Notes under the pieces: generated by a model
What the model was told of the DNA's origin: nothing
Database searches by the model: none
Seen by the model: the letters and a program-made list of their open reading frames with translations, nothing else
Shown: positions 1 to 9,450 of the stretch, one piece after another
Layout: every line of letters begins with the position of its first letter
Position numbering within the stretch: the stretch's first letter is position 1
From: an uncultured Phycisphaerales bacterium
GTDB taxonomy: Bacteria; Planctomycetota; Phycisphaerae; Tepidisphaerales; Tepidisphaeraceae
DNA length: 64,000 bases
Direction of reading: 5' to 3'
Assembly (NCBI GenBank): GCA_963844715.1
Contig: CAWJPJ010000006.1
Span: 768,001-832,000, forward strand
Position numbers and translations under genes: made by a program

Positions 1-45
1 GACGATGGTGCCGGCGAGGAGTCTTAGTCGAAGGGAGCGGATCAT
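1..45 (-). CDS. N-terminus of probable sensor histidine kinase (runs off window edge)
   Basis: MIRSLRLRLLAGTIV start; ATG overlaps the response regulator stop (ATGA); typical cognate kinase N-terminus. Confidence 0.7.
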   Translation of the reverse strand, partial: MIRSLRLRLLAGTIV

Positions 46-725
46 CGCGACTCCGGGACGACTCCGAGCATATAACCCTGGCCGCGCTTGGTGTGAATGA
101 GCCGCGGCTTGTCCGGGCGCTCGACCTTTTTACGCAGGAATCCGATGAAGACGTCGATGACATTGCTTTCGAGGGAGGCATTGATGTCGGCGATGTGCTG
201 CCAGAGATCGCGGCGGGTGACGGTGCGATCGGCGTTCAGAGCGAGATATTCGAGCAGCGCGTATTCGCGGGCGCTGAGGTCGATGAGGGTGGCGCCGCGT
301 TTGACGACTCGGCGCGCCGTGTCAATCTCAAGATCGTCGATGCGAATGAGGGCGGTTTTGGCGTCGTATTTGCGGCGGATGAGAGCGTTGATGCGGGCGA
401 GAAGTTCGGAAAAGTTGAAAGGTTTGACGAGATAATCATCGGCGCCGAGGTCCAGGCCGCGGACTTTGTCCTCGGTGGTGTCCCTGGCGGTGAGGACCAG
501 GACATGTGAGGGGGATTTATCCTTGCGGAGGGACTTGAGGACGGACAAGCCGTCTACTTCGGGGAGCATCAGGTCGAGGATGATGACGTCATATTCGCCG
601 GCGCGGGCGTGCCAGAGGGCGGACTTACCGTCGGCGGCTTCGTCGACGGCGTAGCCGGCCTCGCGCAGACCCTGGACGATGGATTCGCGCAGAGGCTGAA
701 AATCTTCGACAACCAAAAGTCGCAT
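42..725 (-). CDS. OmpR/PhoB-family response regulator
   Basis: REC domain (VVEDF, ILDLMLP, GADDYLVKPF) plus winged-helix (NVIDVFIGFLRKK, HTKRGQGY). Confidence 0.95.
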   Translation of the reverse strand: MRLLVVEDFQPLRESIVQGLREAGYAVDEAADGKSALWHARAGEYDVIILDLMLPEVDGLSVLKSLRKDKSPSHVLVLTARDTTEDKVRGLDLGADDYLVKPFNFSELLARINALIRRKYDAKTALIRIDDLEIDTARRVVKRGATLIDLSAREYALLEYLALNADRTVTRRDLWQHIADINASLESNVIDVFIGFLRKKVERPDKPRLIHTKRGQGYMLGVVPESR

Positions 726-750
726 AAATCCGCGGCAATTCGGCGAATTT

Positions 751-860
751 CCCCTCGCCCCGGTATTCCGGGCAGAGGGTCCGGGTCAGGGGCGATTTCC
801 GAAGTTCGAAAAGCTGCCCCTCACCCTGCCCCTCTCCCCATGAGTACATGGGGAGAGGGG
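751..860. repeat. REP-like palindromic element, family A (double hairpin)
   Basis: CCCCTCACCC..CCTCTCCCCATGAGTACATGGGGAGAGGGG; near-identical to 48596-48700. Confidence 0.85.
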
Positions 861-870
861 AAAATTATGG

Positions 871-1194
871 TTAGTCCTTGTCTGGACCTTTTTCGTCTTT
901 TTCGTCATCGAGCTTCTTGCTGAGAAGCGTGCCGTCTTCGCGGACTTTGATCTCGTAGGGGACGCCGCTGATCGTGGCGTCGGCTTCGTAGACGAGCTTG
1001 TCGTGCTTGGCTTCCTTGTCGATGTCGCCGATGGCGCCGCCTTCGGCTTCGCGGACGATGGTGTCCTTGACCGGGGGAGGCACCTGGTCCATGGTGACGC
1101 TGATTTCGTTATGTTCCGATTCCTCGTGTTCGGCGCAGGCCGCTAAACCCAGGGCAGCGGTTGCGGCGAACGCTATGGTCAATCTGGTCCTCAT
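871..1194 (-). CDS. PepSY-like small lipoprotein
   Basis: lipobox LAAC; VPPPVKDTI..IDKE..VYEAD..YEIKVREDGTLL pattern; AAGGAG RBS. Confidence 0.75.
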   Translation of the reverse strand: MRTRLTIAFAATAALGLAACAEHEESEHNEISVTMDQVPPPVKDTIVREAEGGAIGDIDKEAKHDKLVYEADATISGVPYEIKVREDGTLLSKKLDDEKDEKGPDKD

Positions 1195-1263
1195 GCTTTG
1201 TCTCCTTTTCCAATAGATTGCCCGATCACCATGATCGAGCTGAGACTCTTGTAAATTCACTGA

Positions 1264-1280
1264 ATGAAATCACCATGAAG
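1264..1280 (-). promoter_or_regulatory. Putative OmpR-family tandem box CTTCAT-N5-TTTCAT upstream of PepSY gene
   Basis: direct repeat with 11-bp period, same as 3473-3489. Confidence 0.55.
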
Positions 1281-1292
1281 CCCCTCGATGGG

Positions 1293-2367
1293 TTATTGGC
1301 GTCCGACGACCAGTATCGTGAATGAGCCGGGGACCATGGTGCCGCGACCATGATGCGCGGCGCGGCTTCCGCCTGCGTAGTGGCTTGGGCCGCGGGCTGG
1401 GTGGTCGGCGGCGCCATTTCGGCTGTCACGAGATAAACCTGATTGGTTTTGGCGTCGAGGGTGGACGTGCGTGCGCCGGCCTGGGTCGTCACGGTTTGTT
1501 CGACTTCGAAGCTTGTGGGGCTGTCCTCCTTGATGACCGTGAGCGTGCCGTCGCGCTGGGAGCTGAAGGCCTCGGAGGTGTTGGGATTGAATTCGGCGGC
1601 GTCGACGCCGTCACCGATGGGGAGGGAGGCGAGGATGTCGCCGTTGTCGGCGTTCAGAATGACGGCGGTGTGCGGATCGTGGCAGAAGGCGAAGAGAATG
1701 TGATTTTTTGCGTCCATGGCCAGACCGCCGGGGCCGCCGCCTTTGGAGCTGATGTCGTAATGGGCGGTGACCTGAAGAGTCTTGGCGTCCACGACGGCGA
1801 TGCTGTCGGCGCTTTCCAGATCGACGTAGATTTTCCTGCGCCATCACTGACGGCTTGTTCGGGCTCGCCGCCTAAATCATCGATGGTGCCAACGACGGAG
1901 CCGTCGGCGGCGTTGATGACGGTGGCGTTGGGAGAGCGATGGCTGAAGACGAAGACGTGCTCGGCGGCGGGATCGAAAAGAATGCCGTCGGGGCGGCCTT
2001 GCACGTCGATGGTCTGGATTGGCTTGAGGGTCTGGGTGTCGAACATGACGACCGGATTGGAGCTTGCAAATCCGTGGCCGGATTTGGGATCGATGGCGAC
2101 GCCGTGAACGCCGTTGGTGTTGGGGATGGAGCCGACGGGTTGGAGGGAATCGAGATCGTAAACATCGACACGTCCGGACCCCTTACCGCCGCGCGGGATA
2201 TAGAGTTTGCGGGCGTCGGAATCGGCAAAGACGTAGTCCCACCCGCCTGCGCCGCCGATCTTGTCGGTTTTGATGACCTGATAGGGCTGAGTGGTCGGCG
2301 TTTGGTCGGCGAAGGCCGGCACGCCGAGCGCCGCCGTCAGGGCCATTAAAAAATACACAAATCGCAT
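1293..2367 (-). CDS. YncE/YVTN-like beta-propeller exported protein (2 apparent frameshifts, ~1832 and ~1357)
   Basis: signal peptide, GGAGGWDY, GVHGVAID, GARTSTLD, C-terminal PGSFTILVVG; paralogue of the adjacent gene. Confidence 0.85.
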
Positions 2368-2380
2368 GCGGGGCCTCCCT

Positions 2381-3424
2381 TTATTTGGGTGGAGTGGTGA
2401 CGACGACGACTTTGAAAGTTCCGGGGATGGGTTTGGGGCGGCCGGGGCCGCCGCTGGGTAATGTGGTCGGCTGCATATCGGCGGTGGGCAAATAGATCGT
2501 TCCGGATTGGGAATCGAGGGCCATGGTGCGAGCGCCCAGGAGGGTGTCGAGTTTTTGGATGATTTCGAATTTTCCGGGAGAAGTTTCGCGAATGGCAGTG
2601 AGCGTGCCGTCGCCGCAACTGGCGAAGGCGGTGCCCGTGGTGGGGTCGAAAGCGGTGGCGTCGACGCCTTTACCGATGGGGAGATCGGCCAGGATCGAAC
2701 CATCGGCGGCATTCATGACAATCATTTTTTGGTTTCTACAGCCGATAAAGAGCCGGCCTTTTTCGCGATCCATGGAAAGGCCGGTCGGCTTGCCGCCAGG
2801 GGCGGTGGAGTATTTGGTGATGACTTTTTGGGCCTTGGAGTCCACGACGGCAATCTGGTCCTGGTCATTGATGCAGACAAAGATTTTTCCCTGGCCGTCG
2901 GAGGTGAGAAATTCGGGTTTGCCGCCTAGATCGATTGGCGGATCGGCTTTGCCGCTCGCCGGATCAACGTTGGCGGCGACGGGGAGGAGTTCGGCCGAGT
3001 CGCCGCAGGCAATGAATACATGAGCCGAGGCGGGGTCGTAGATGATTCCATCGGCGTCATCGGCGGCAGGGAGAGTGCCGAGGACGGTGTTGGATTTGAG
3101 ATCGAAGATAATGACGGCGGCGCCTTTGCCGTCGGAGATGAAGCCGCGATTTTGGTCGGAGACGATGGCGACGCCATGGAGACCCTGCCCGCCGGGGATG
3201 TCGGCGGCGAGTTTTCCGTAGGCGGTGTCGATGACGTCGGTGTGAGTGGAGCGCGTGACGTAGAGAAATTTGCTGGCGGGGTCGAGGAGCGCGTAGTCCC
3301 AGCGGCCGTCGCCGCCGATTTGGAAAGTTTTGGAGACCTGATATGGCCCGTCGGCGCGGGAGGGCGCGGTTGAAACAGCAACGGCGAAAAGGACACATAG
3401 AGCGGAAATGAGTTTGGGCTTCAT
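2381..3424 (-). CDS. YncE/YVTN-like beta-propeller exported protein
   Basis: signal peptide, GGDGRWDY, GLHGVAI, GARTMALD, PGTFKVVVV. Confidence 0.9.
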   Translation of the reverse strand: MKPKLISALCVLFAVAVSTAPSRADGPYQVSKTFQIGGDGRWDYALLDPASKFLYVTRSTHTDVIDTAYGKLAADIPGGQGLHGVAIVSDQNRGFISDGKGAAVIIFDLKSNTVLGTLPAADDADGIIYDPASAHVFIACGDSAELLPVAANVDPASGKADPPIDLGGKPEFLTSDGQGKIFVCINDQDQIAVVDSKAQKVITKYSTAPGGKPTGLSMDREKGRLFIGCRNQKMIVMNAADGSILADLPIGKGVDATAFDPTTGTAFASCGDGTLTAIRETSPGKFEIIQKLDTLLGARTMALDSQSGTIYLPTADMQPTTLPSGGPGRPKPIPGTFKVVVVTTPPK

Positions 3425-3472
3425 GAACGAATAGGCTCCCGAGTTGGAATGGGGAAATAGTAGCGTGGAAAG

Positions 3473-3489
3473 ATGAAACGAAAATGAAG
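3473..3489 (-). promoter_or_regulatory. Putative OmpR-family tandem box CTTCAT-N5-TTTCAT, 10 bp upstream of a TACTAT -10 element
   Basis: 11-bp-period direct repeat in the -35 position upstream of the YncE operon. Confidence 0.6.
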
Positions 3490-3549
3490 GTGCATATTAA
3501 ATGCGGCCCGTGGCAGCGCCGCGGACCTTTGTTTTGTGAGGATTTGTAC

Positions 3550-5373
3550 TTATACGGCGGGGGATTGGGGGAGGATGAAGCGGAATTTGCTGCCTTTGGG
3601 CTGGGAGGGGCAGAGTTCGATGGTGCCGCCGTGGGCTTCGATAATTTCCTTCGCGATGGAGAGGCCGAGTCCCGCGCCGGTTGGACCGTCTTTTTGGGGG
3701 ATTCTGAAAAACTTATCGAAGATTCTCGAGCTGAATTGATCGGGGATGCCGGGACCGGTGTCGGAGACGGAGAAGATGACGAATCGGCCGTTGGCCTCGG
3801 CGGCGAGAGAGACGGTTCCGCCAGTCGGCGTGAATTTCAGGGCGTTGGAAAGGAGATTGGTCAGAACGAGCCCGACGACGCCCGGATCGGCTCGGACGGC
3901 GGGGAGATCGGGAGGCGCGGAAACGGAGAGGCTCACGGATTTGCCGGCGAAGGACTGGCGCATGGGGTCGAGGGATTGCGAGATTATTTCGGCGGGAGCC
4001 ATGGGACGGAAATCGAATTCGACGCGGCCGGATTCGATGCGGCTGATGCCGAGGAGATTTTCGATGATGCGATAGAGGCGCTCGCAGTCTACCGCGGCGG
4101 CGGCGAGGAGGGGCTTTTGTTTATCGGTCAGGGATCCGAATTTGTCGGAAGAGAGAAGGCTGATGGCCATGCGCAGACTGGTAAGAGGAGTGCGGAGTTC
4201 GTGGGAAATGGTCGAGACGATGGAGCCCTTGGCCTCGTCGGCGGCGCGGAGGCGGGTGACATCCACGAGGATGAAGGCGACGCCGATCTGTTTTTCCTGC
4301 GGCCCGATCATGGGGACGGCGCGGGGAAGGAGGAAGCGTTCGGCGCCGTGATCGAAGAACTGGATTGCGGAGAGATAGCCGGGGGTTTCGGGCTGATGGC
4401 GGCCTTCCTGCACGGATTCGTAAAGCGGGGAAAGCCATTTGAGGCGCGGGGAGAGATCGGAAACGGTGAGGCCGGGCTCGATGCCGAAATGCTCGCGAGC
4501 GGTGCGATTGGAGATTTCGATTTTGGCGTCGGGGCCGATGATGAAGACGGCGTCGGGAAGCGAATCGATGGCGAGCTGCGTGGTTTGCTGAGTGCGGACG
4601 AGACGCTCGTGATCGATGCGGCGGAATTCGCGGAGCTGGGCGGCCATGGCGTTGAAGGCTTCGGAGAGGACGCCGATTTCGTCGCGGGAGCGGACCGGAA
4701 GGATGAGGTCGAGATTCCCGGATTCGATTTCGCGGGCGGACCTGGTCAGCGCGGCCAGGGGGCGGAGGACCGAGGCCCCGGCGGCGCCGACGACGACGGC
4801 CGCGGCGACCGTGCCGGCGATGACCAGAACGAGCAGGGCGCTGCGCACGTCAAGCAGGGTTTTCTTGATCCGGCCGTCGAGGGAAACCATGTTGGACATG
4901 TTGTTGCTCGAGATCCACTGGGTCATTTGCTTGATCTGGTCGTAAAGGGGAATGAGAGTGGAGCGGAAAATGCGGGGCTGCTGGGCTTGCGGGGCGGAAT
5001 CGAATTGGGCGTAGGAGTCGCTGAATTGGGCCCAGAAATCGGCCAGGGCGTTGGTGTGCTCGGTTTCGCCGGGGAGCGTGATGTTGTGAAGTTGATGGTA
5101 GAGGTTGATCTCGAATTGCCGGCGGGCGGCGCTGGGATCGATGCGGGTTGGGGGCGAAAGTTGCCAGGAGATGAATTGGGCGCGGATATTGAGTTGATCG
5201 AGCGCGTCGTTCATTTCGTCGCAAAAGACGGCGCTGTCGTAATTTTCGCGATAGACGCGGTCGAGGGCATGGCTGTAACGAGTGAGGACGACGAAGGTGA
5301 TGCTGCTGACGATGAAAAGGATCAGCAGCAGCCCGCCGAACCCGATCCAGAGTTTATGCCGCAGGCTGATCAT
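3550..5373 (-). CDS. KinB-like sensor histidine kinase (TM-sensor-TM-HAMP-PAS-HisKA-HATPase)
   Basis: SHELRTPL, NLLSNALKF, DTGPGI, GAGLGLSI. Confidence 0.92.
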   Translation of the reverse strand: MISLRHKLWIGFGGLLLILFIVSSITFVVLTRYSHALDRVYRENYDSAVFCDEMNDALDQLNIRAQFISWQLSPPTRIDPSAARRQFEINLYHQLHNITLPGETEHTNALADFWAQFSDSYAQFDSAPQAQQPRIFRSTLIPLYDQIKQMTQWISSNNMSNMVSLDGRIKKTLLDVRSALLVLVIAGTVAAAVVVGAAGASVLRPLAALTRSAREIESGNLDLILPVRSRDEIGVLSEAFNAMAAQLREFRRIDHERLVRTQQTTQLAIDSLPDAVFIIGPDAKIEISNRTAREHFGIEPGLTVSDLSPRLKWLSPLYESVQEGRHQPETPGYLSAIQFFDHGAERFLLPRAVPMIGPQEKQIGVAFILVDVTRLRAADEAKGSIVSTISHELRTPLTSLRMAISLLSSDKFGSLTDKQKPLLAAAAVDCERLYRIIENLLGISRIESGRVEFDFRPMAPAEIISQSLDPMRQSFAGKSVSLSVSAPPDLPAVRADPGVVGLVLTNLLSNALKFTPTGGTVSLAAEANGRFVIFSVSDTGPGIPDQFSSRIFDKFFRIPQKDGPTGAGLGLSIAKEIIEAHGGTIELCPSQPKGSKFRFILPQSPAV

Positions 5374-6730
5374 CGCCGGCCCCGTAGCGTTTCATCCAGC
5401 GACATAGGGTACTGGAATCGACGCCGAGAATCGACGCCGCGCGGCGAAGCGAGCGGGTTGCGCCGACGACTTGCAGGACGTGGCTGCGTTCGATGGTTTC
5501 AAGATCGACGAGGTCTCCGACGGCGTAGCCGTTATGGTTATTGAGGAGATTGGGGGGCAGGTGCTCGATGCCGATTTGCCCGCCGCGGCAGAGGAGGGTG
5601 GCGCGTTCGACGACGTTGCGTAGTTCGCGGACGTTTCCCGGCCAGGCGTATTTTTGCATGGCGTGCAGGGCGTCGGAGGAGAATCCGGAAACGGTGCGGT
5701 GATGCTCCCTCGCAAAAAAGGCGAGATAACGCTCGGCGAGGAGACGGACATCTTCGGTGCGATTCCGCAAGGGCGGGACGAAAATTTCGACGACGTTGAG
5801 GACGAGGGAGAGGTCGGCGCGGAAACGGCCGTCGCGGACGAAGCTTTGGAGATCGGCGCCGGTGGTGGCGATGATGCGCACGTCGACGGGACGGGCGCGC
5901 GATTCGTCCATGCGTTCGTATTCTTTATCGTGAAGCAGGCGATGAAGTTTGGATTGGAGACGCGCCGGGACCTGGCCGACTTCCTCGAGGAGAAGGCTTC
6001 CCCCGTCGCAGAAGGCGGCGGCCCCGGGTTTTTCGGCGATGGCGTGGTGGACGCCGGCGGACAGGCCGAAGAGTTCGGCCTCGAGTGCATCGGCGGGAAG
6101 CTGGCAGGAGACCGAAGCGAAGGGGCCGGCGGCGCGCGGACTCCAGGTATGGATGGCGCGGGCGAGTCGGCCGCGACCGGTGCCGGCTTCGCCCCGGATG
6201 AGAATGGGGGCCTGCGTGGGGGCGACCTGGCGAGCCATTTCGATGGCTTGCTGCATCAGGGGGGAATCGGTGGGCAGATCGGATTCCGCGTCAAGGGAAC
6301 CGAGGGCGACCTGAAGCGATTCGATGCGGCGTTCCATCTGGCGCAGCTCGGCCATCTTTTTGGTGACGAACTGGACCTGCGCGGGCTCGAACGGTTTGGG
6401 AAGATAGTCGGTGGCGCCGCGCTTCATGGCTTCGACGGCGGTTTCAATCGAGGCGTAGGCGGTGATGACGATAACCTTGGCCCAGGGGTTCTCGGATTTG
6501 AGTTTGGGGAGGAAGTCGAGGCCGTTGTCCATGCCCAGGCGGATATCGAGGAAGACGAGATCGAAGACGCGGCGGCTGATCTCGTCGAGGGCGTCTTCAA
6601 TGTTGGCGACGGCGGCGACGCGATGGCCGTCGGCTTCGAGGCACATGCTGAGAGTGAGCCGGATGTTTTCCTCATCGTCGATGACGAGGATTCGCAAGGA
6701 GAGGTTTGGCTCGGCGTTTCTATCCCTCAT
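5354..6730 (-). CDS. AlgB/NtrC-family response regulator with degenerate sigma54 AAA+ domain
   Basis: REC + AAA+ (WPGNVRELRN) + Fis-type HTH; resembles Pseudomonas AlgB throughout; GAFTGA loop absent. Confidence 0.9.
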   Translation of the reverse strand: MRDRNAEPNLSLRILVIDDEENIRLTLSMCLEADGHRVAAVANIEDALDEISRRVFDLVFLDIRLGMDNGLDFLPKLKSENPWAKVIVITAYASIETAVEAMKRGATDYLPKPFEPAQVQFVTKKMAELRQMERRIESLQVALGSLDAESDLPTDSPLMQQAIEMARQVAPTQAPILIRGEAGTGRGRLARAIHTWSPRAAGPFASVSCQLPADALEAELFGLSAGVHHAIAEKPGAAAFCDGGSLLLEEVGQVPARLQSKLHRLLHDKEYERMDESRARPVDVRIIATTGADLQSFVRDGRFRADLSLVLNVVEIFVPPLRNRTEDVRLLAERYLAFFAREHHRTVSGFSSDALHAMQKYAWPGNVRELRNVVERATLLCRGGQIGIEHLPPNLLNNHNGYAVGDLVDLETIERSHVLQVVGATRSLRRAASILGVDSSTLCRWMKRYGAGDDQPAA

Positions 6731-6760
6731 GGATGCACAGGTGTATGCAGAGTACTCGTC

Positions 6761-6776
6761 GCATTTTCTGTGCCAA
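6761..6776 (-). promoter_or_regulatory. sigma54 (-24/-12) promoter for the algB/kinB-like operon
   Basis: TTGGCACAGAAAATGC, GG-N10-GC, 30 bp upstream of the start codon. Confidence 0.6.
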
Positions 6777-7160
6777 GGGAAAGGGCGATGAGGTCAGGAA
6801 AGCAGGGGTTGTTCAGCAACAACCGCGCACAAAATAGGCATACCGCCGCCACACCGATGGTTGGCTGCACAAAAGCGCACTGCATGAATCGCGTGAATAG
6901 GGCGCATATTGTTGAATGACAAGTGTTTGTATTTTGCACCATTTCTATTTTCTTGGCAAGTTTAGCGCGCATTAGATGCTTATTTATTAATCCGCCATGG
7001 CGACATCTGTTTATTTTGTGGAAGTGCTGAGAGCGCTTAATCCCATTGCGGATAGTTGGATCGGAGAGCTTCCGTGAAGCGCGTTGAATCGGTGTGCAGC
7101 GTTCGGGTGTCGTCGCACAGGCAGTGCGCAATTTGAGTGGACTTTCGCAATGCATGGTTA

Positions 7161-7175
7161 TGGCACCTTGTTTGC
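7161..7175 (+). promoter_or_regulatory. sigma54 (-24/-12) promoter for the APC permease
   Basis: TGGCACCTTGTTTGC, near-perfect consensus. Confidence 0.75.
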
Positions 7176-7310
7176 CAAGTGGGTGAGTTGAGAGTCGACA
7201 GCAGTGCGCTGCGGACTGCCGTGTTGGCGGTCTTTGAAGCAAAGAGACTTTAGAGCGTTTGTGCGATCCATTAGTCGCTGGCCCACGGGCCGGTCGAAAG
7301 GAGAATCTCT

Positions 7311-9320
7311 GTGACAACCGAATCGACAAGCTCACCGAACCCGACCGGCGGACAGATGAAGGCCACGCTGGGGTTAACGGGTTTGACGAGCAACGCCATG
7401 GCACTAATCGCGCCGGGCGCGTTCTTGTGGCTGACGTTCGAAGAGCAGTCGGCCTACGGTGCGCCGTCGGCCGGGTCTGCCATGTGGATGGGGATGTTGC
7501 TCGCCACAGTGTTGTGTTTGGCGACGGCCATTTCATATGCGGAACTCAGCAAACTTTATCCGGGCGCCGGTTCGAGCTACTTTTTTGCCGAACAGGCGTT
7601 CCTCTCCAAGAAGCAAGCGTACAAGTGGGCACGAATTTACAAATTCATGGTCGGCTGGGCGAGCCATCTTTATTACTGGGTGTATCCGGGCGTGATGGTG
7701 TGCGTCACGTCGATCTTCATCGGCTACATGGCCGGGCAGTTGTTCCCCAACACCTTTAACATAGCGGAGGGAAGTCCGCTGTTAATGATCGTATTCTCGA
7801 TCATCTTCGCCTACGGCGTGTCGTACATCGCGTACCGGGGAGTCGTCGGCGCGACCGGCGTCAACGTCGCGATCAACATCATTCAGATCACGGCACTGCT
7901 GATCTTCTCCGTCATGGCGATCGCGCATCGCGTGCACGTCAAGGAAGGCGACGTCGACTGGACGCTCGACTCAACCGGCACGCCGACGCAGTTTCAGCAG
8001 GACAGTACTCCGAACATGATTCAGGATCCGAAGTTCCCCAACGATCCGACCAAGCAGATCGTCGATCCGAGCGGCGCGACCAGTCCGAAAGTTGACGGCA
8101 GCGGTGCGCCGATCTGGATTTACAACGCCGTGGACGCCAAGGGCAATGTGATCAACGACTCCACCGGCAATCCGATCGTTGTCGCCACGGATGCCACCGG
8201 AAAGCTGGCGGCGCTGCCCTCCGGCGCGGCCAAGGCGGTTCCGGCTCCAGTGACAATTTCGTACCTGGGCGGCATGGTCAAGGACAGCAAGGGCGTCTGG
8301 CAGTTCAACTACCACGATTCGGCCAAATCCGTGCTTCACTGGCATAGCGGTCAGTACGTACTGATTCAGGGATGTATCGCGATCTTGTGCCTGGTCGGTT
8401 TCGAATCGGTCTCCTCGATGGGTGAGGAAGCCAAGAATCCGAAGAAGCATATTCCGATCGCCATCGTCGCGTCACTGCTCATCCAGGGCGGCTTCTGCTA
8501 CCTGTTTGAATATTTCGCCGCCAACTATTTCCAGAGTTCGCTGTACACCAATCAAACCGCGGCAGGTTCGCCGGCTCCGATCGGCGACATGATGCAGCTA
8601 GCCGGCGCCTGGTGCTTCGGCACGGCCAAGGCGGGCTGGTGGTTCATGTTCCTGGAAGCCATCACCGTCTTCCTGGCGATGATCGGAACGACTCTGTCGT
8701 GCATCAACACCGGCGCTCGCGTGACCTACGCGATGGGCCGCGATGAGGAAGTCCCGACTCACTTCGGCATCCTCCACGGCAAGAACAATACCCCGCACCG
8801 CTGCATCTGGGTGTTGGCGACGTTGTCGGCAATCATCGGAATTTACGGGATTCTCTTCTACCTGTGCGGTCCGTCGGCTTCGTCCTCGCTGGATACGAAT
8901 CTGTCCACGGCTCAGCAATCGAGCATGTGGTACAAGGGCGTGTTCAGTTTTGCGACGGCGCAGAAGTTCCCGTGCAGCTTGCTGGTGATCACGCTGGTGA
9001 GCAACTTCGGAACGTTCATGCTGTACATGATGAGTTGCATCATCGCGATGGTGGCTTTCCATGAGCACCACATGTTCAATCCGATCAAGCACATCCTCGT
9101 TCCCGGTTTCGGCCTGATCGCCAACCTGGGTTGCATGTTGTTCTACTTGATCGGTCCCTTCTCGGTCCCTGGCATGAGCGCCAAGGAACCATTTATCGCC
9201 CTGGGCGTGTCCGCCGCGTGGGGCATCTTTGGCGCCATCTACTTCGTGATGAAGAGCAAGAAGATGGGCAAGGACATGATGCTGACGAACCCGGCGGCAT
9301 CGAAGGCCGTGGGCACCTGA
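7311..9320 (+). CDS. APC-superfamily amino acid permease with large extracytoplasmic insertion
   Basis: YAELSKLYPGAGSSY, GFESVSSMGEEAKNPKK, ARVTYAMGRD, about 12 TM segments; AAGGAG RBS before GTG. Confidence 0.92.
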   Translation: MTTESTSSPNPTGGQMKATLGLTGLTSNAMALIAPGAFLWLTFEEQSAYGAPSAGSAMWMGMLLATVLCLATAISYAELSKLYPGAGSSYFFAEQAFLSKKQAYKWARIYKFMVGWASHLYYWVYPGVMVCVTSIFIGYMAGQLFPNTFNIAEGSPLLMIVFSIIFAYGVSYIAYRGVVGATGVNVAINIIQITALLIFSVMAIAHRVHVKEGDVDWTLDSTGTPTQFQQDSTPNMIQDPKFPNDPTKQIVDPSGATSPKVDGSGAPIWIYNAVDAKGNVINDSTGNPIVVATDATGKLAALPSGAAKAVPAPVTISYLGGMVKDSKGVWQFNYHDSAKSVLHWHSGQYVLIQGCIAILCLVGFESVSSMGEEAKNPKKHIPIAIVASLLIQGGFCYLFEYFAANYFQSSLYTNQTAAGSPAPIGDMMQLAGAWCFGTAKAGWWFMFLEAITVFLAMIGTTLSCINTGARVTYAMGRDEEVPTHFGILHGKNNTPHRCIWVLATLSAIIGIYGILFYLCGPSASSSLDTNLSTAQQSSMWYKGVFSFATAQKFPCSLLVITLVSNFGTFMLYMMSCIIAMVAFHEHHMFNPIKHILVPGFGLIANLGCMLFYLIGPFSVPGMSAKEPFIALGVSAAWGIFGAIYFVMKSKKMGKDMMLTNPAASKAVGT

Positions 9321-9352
9321 GGCAGATACTGCTCTGATATCGGTTGTAATCC

Positions 9353-9394
9353 GGCGCACGGGCGTACTAAGAAGGGACGCCCGTGCGTCTTTTT
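9353..9394 (+). terminator. Rho-independent terminator
   Basis: GGCGCACGGGCGT / ACGCCCGTGCGTC stem followed by TTTTT. Confidence 0.8.
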
Positions 9395-9450
9395 GCGCGC
9401 GGGGGGTCCGGTGCAGCAAGCTACACCGGCTTCGCGGGAGGAGGGGGCGG

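Noticed and set aside
3550..6730. Alginate regulation by the AlgB/KinB-like pair
   Set aside because: No alginate genes are present; the similarity indicates family membership only.
3484..6919. Long plus-strand ORFs (686 aa, 421 aa) and similar antisense ORFs elsewhere
   Set aside because: They are shadows of GC-rich genes on the opposite strand and carry no recognisable motifs.
6980..7310. Riboswitch (c-di-AMP, glycine, lysine) ahead of the APC permease
   Set aside because: No conserved aptamer motifs recognised; an Rfam cmscan would be decisive.
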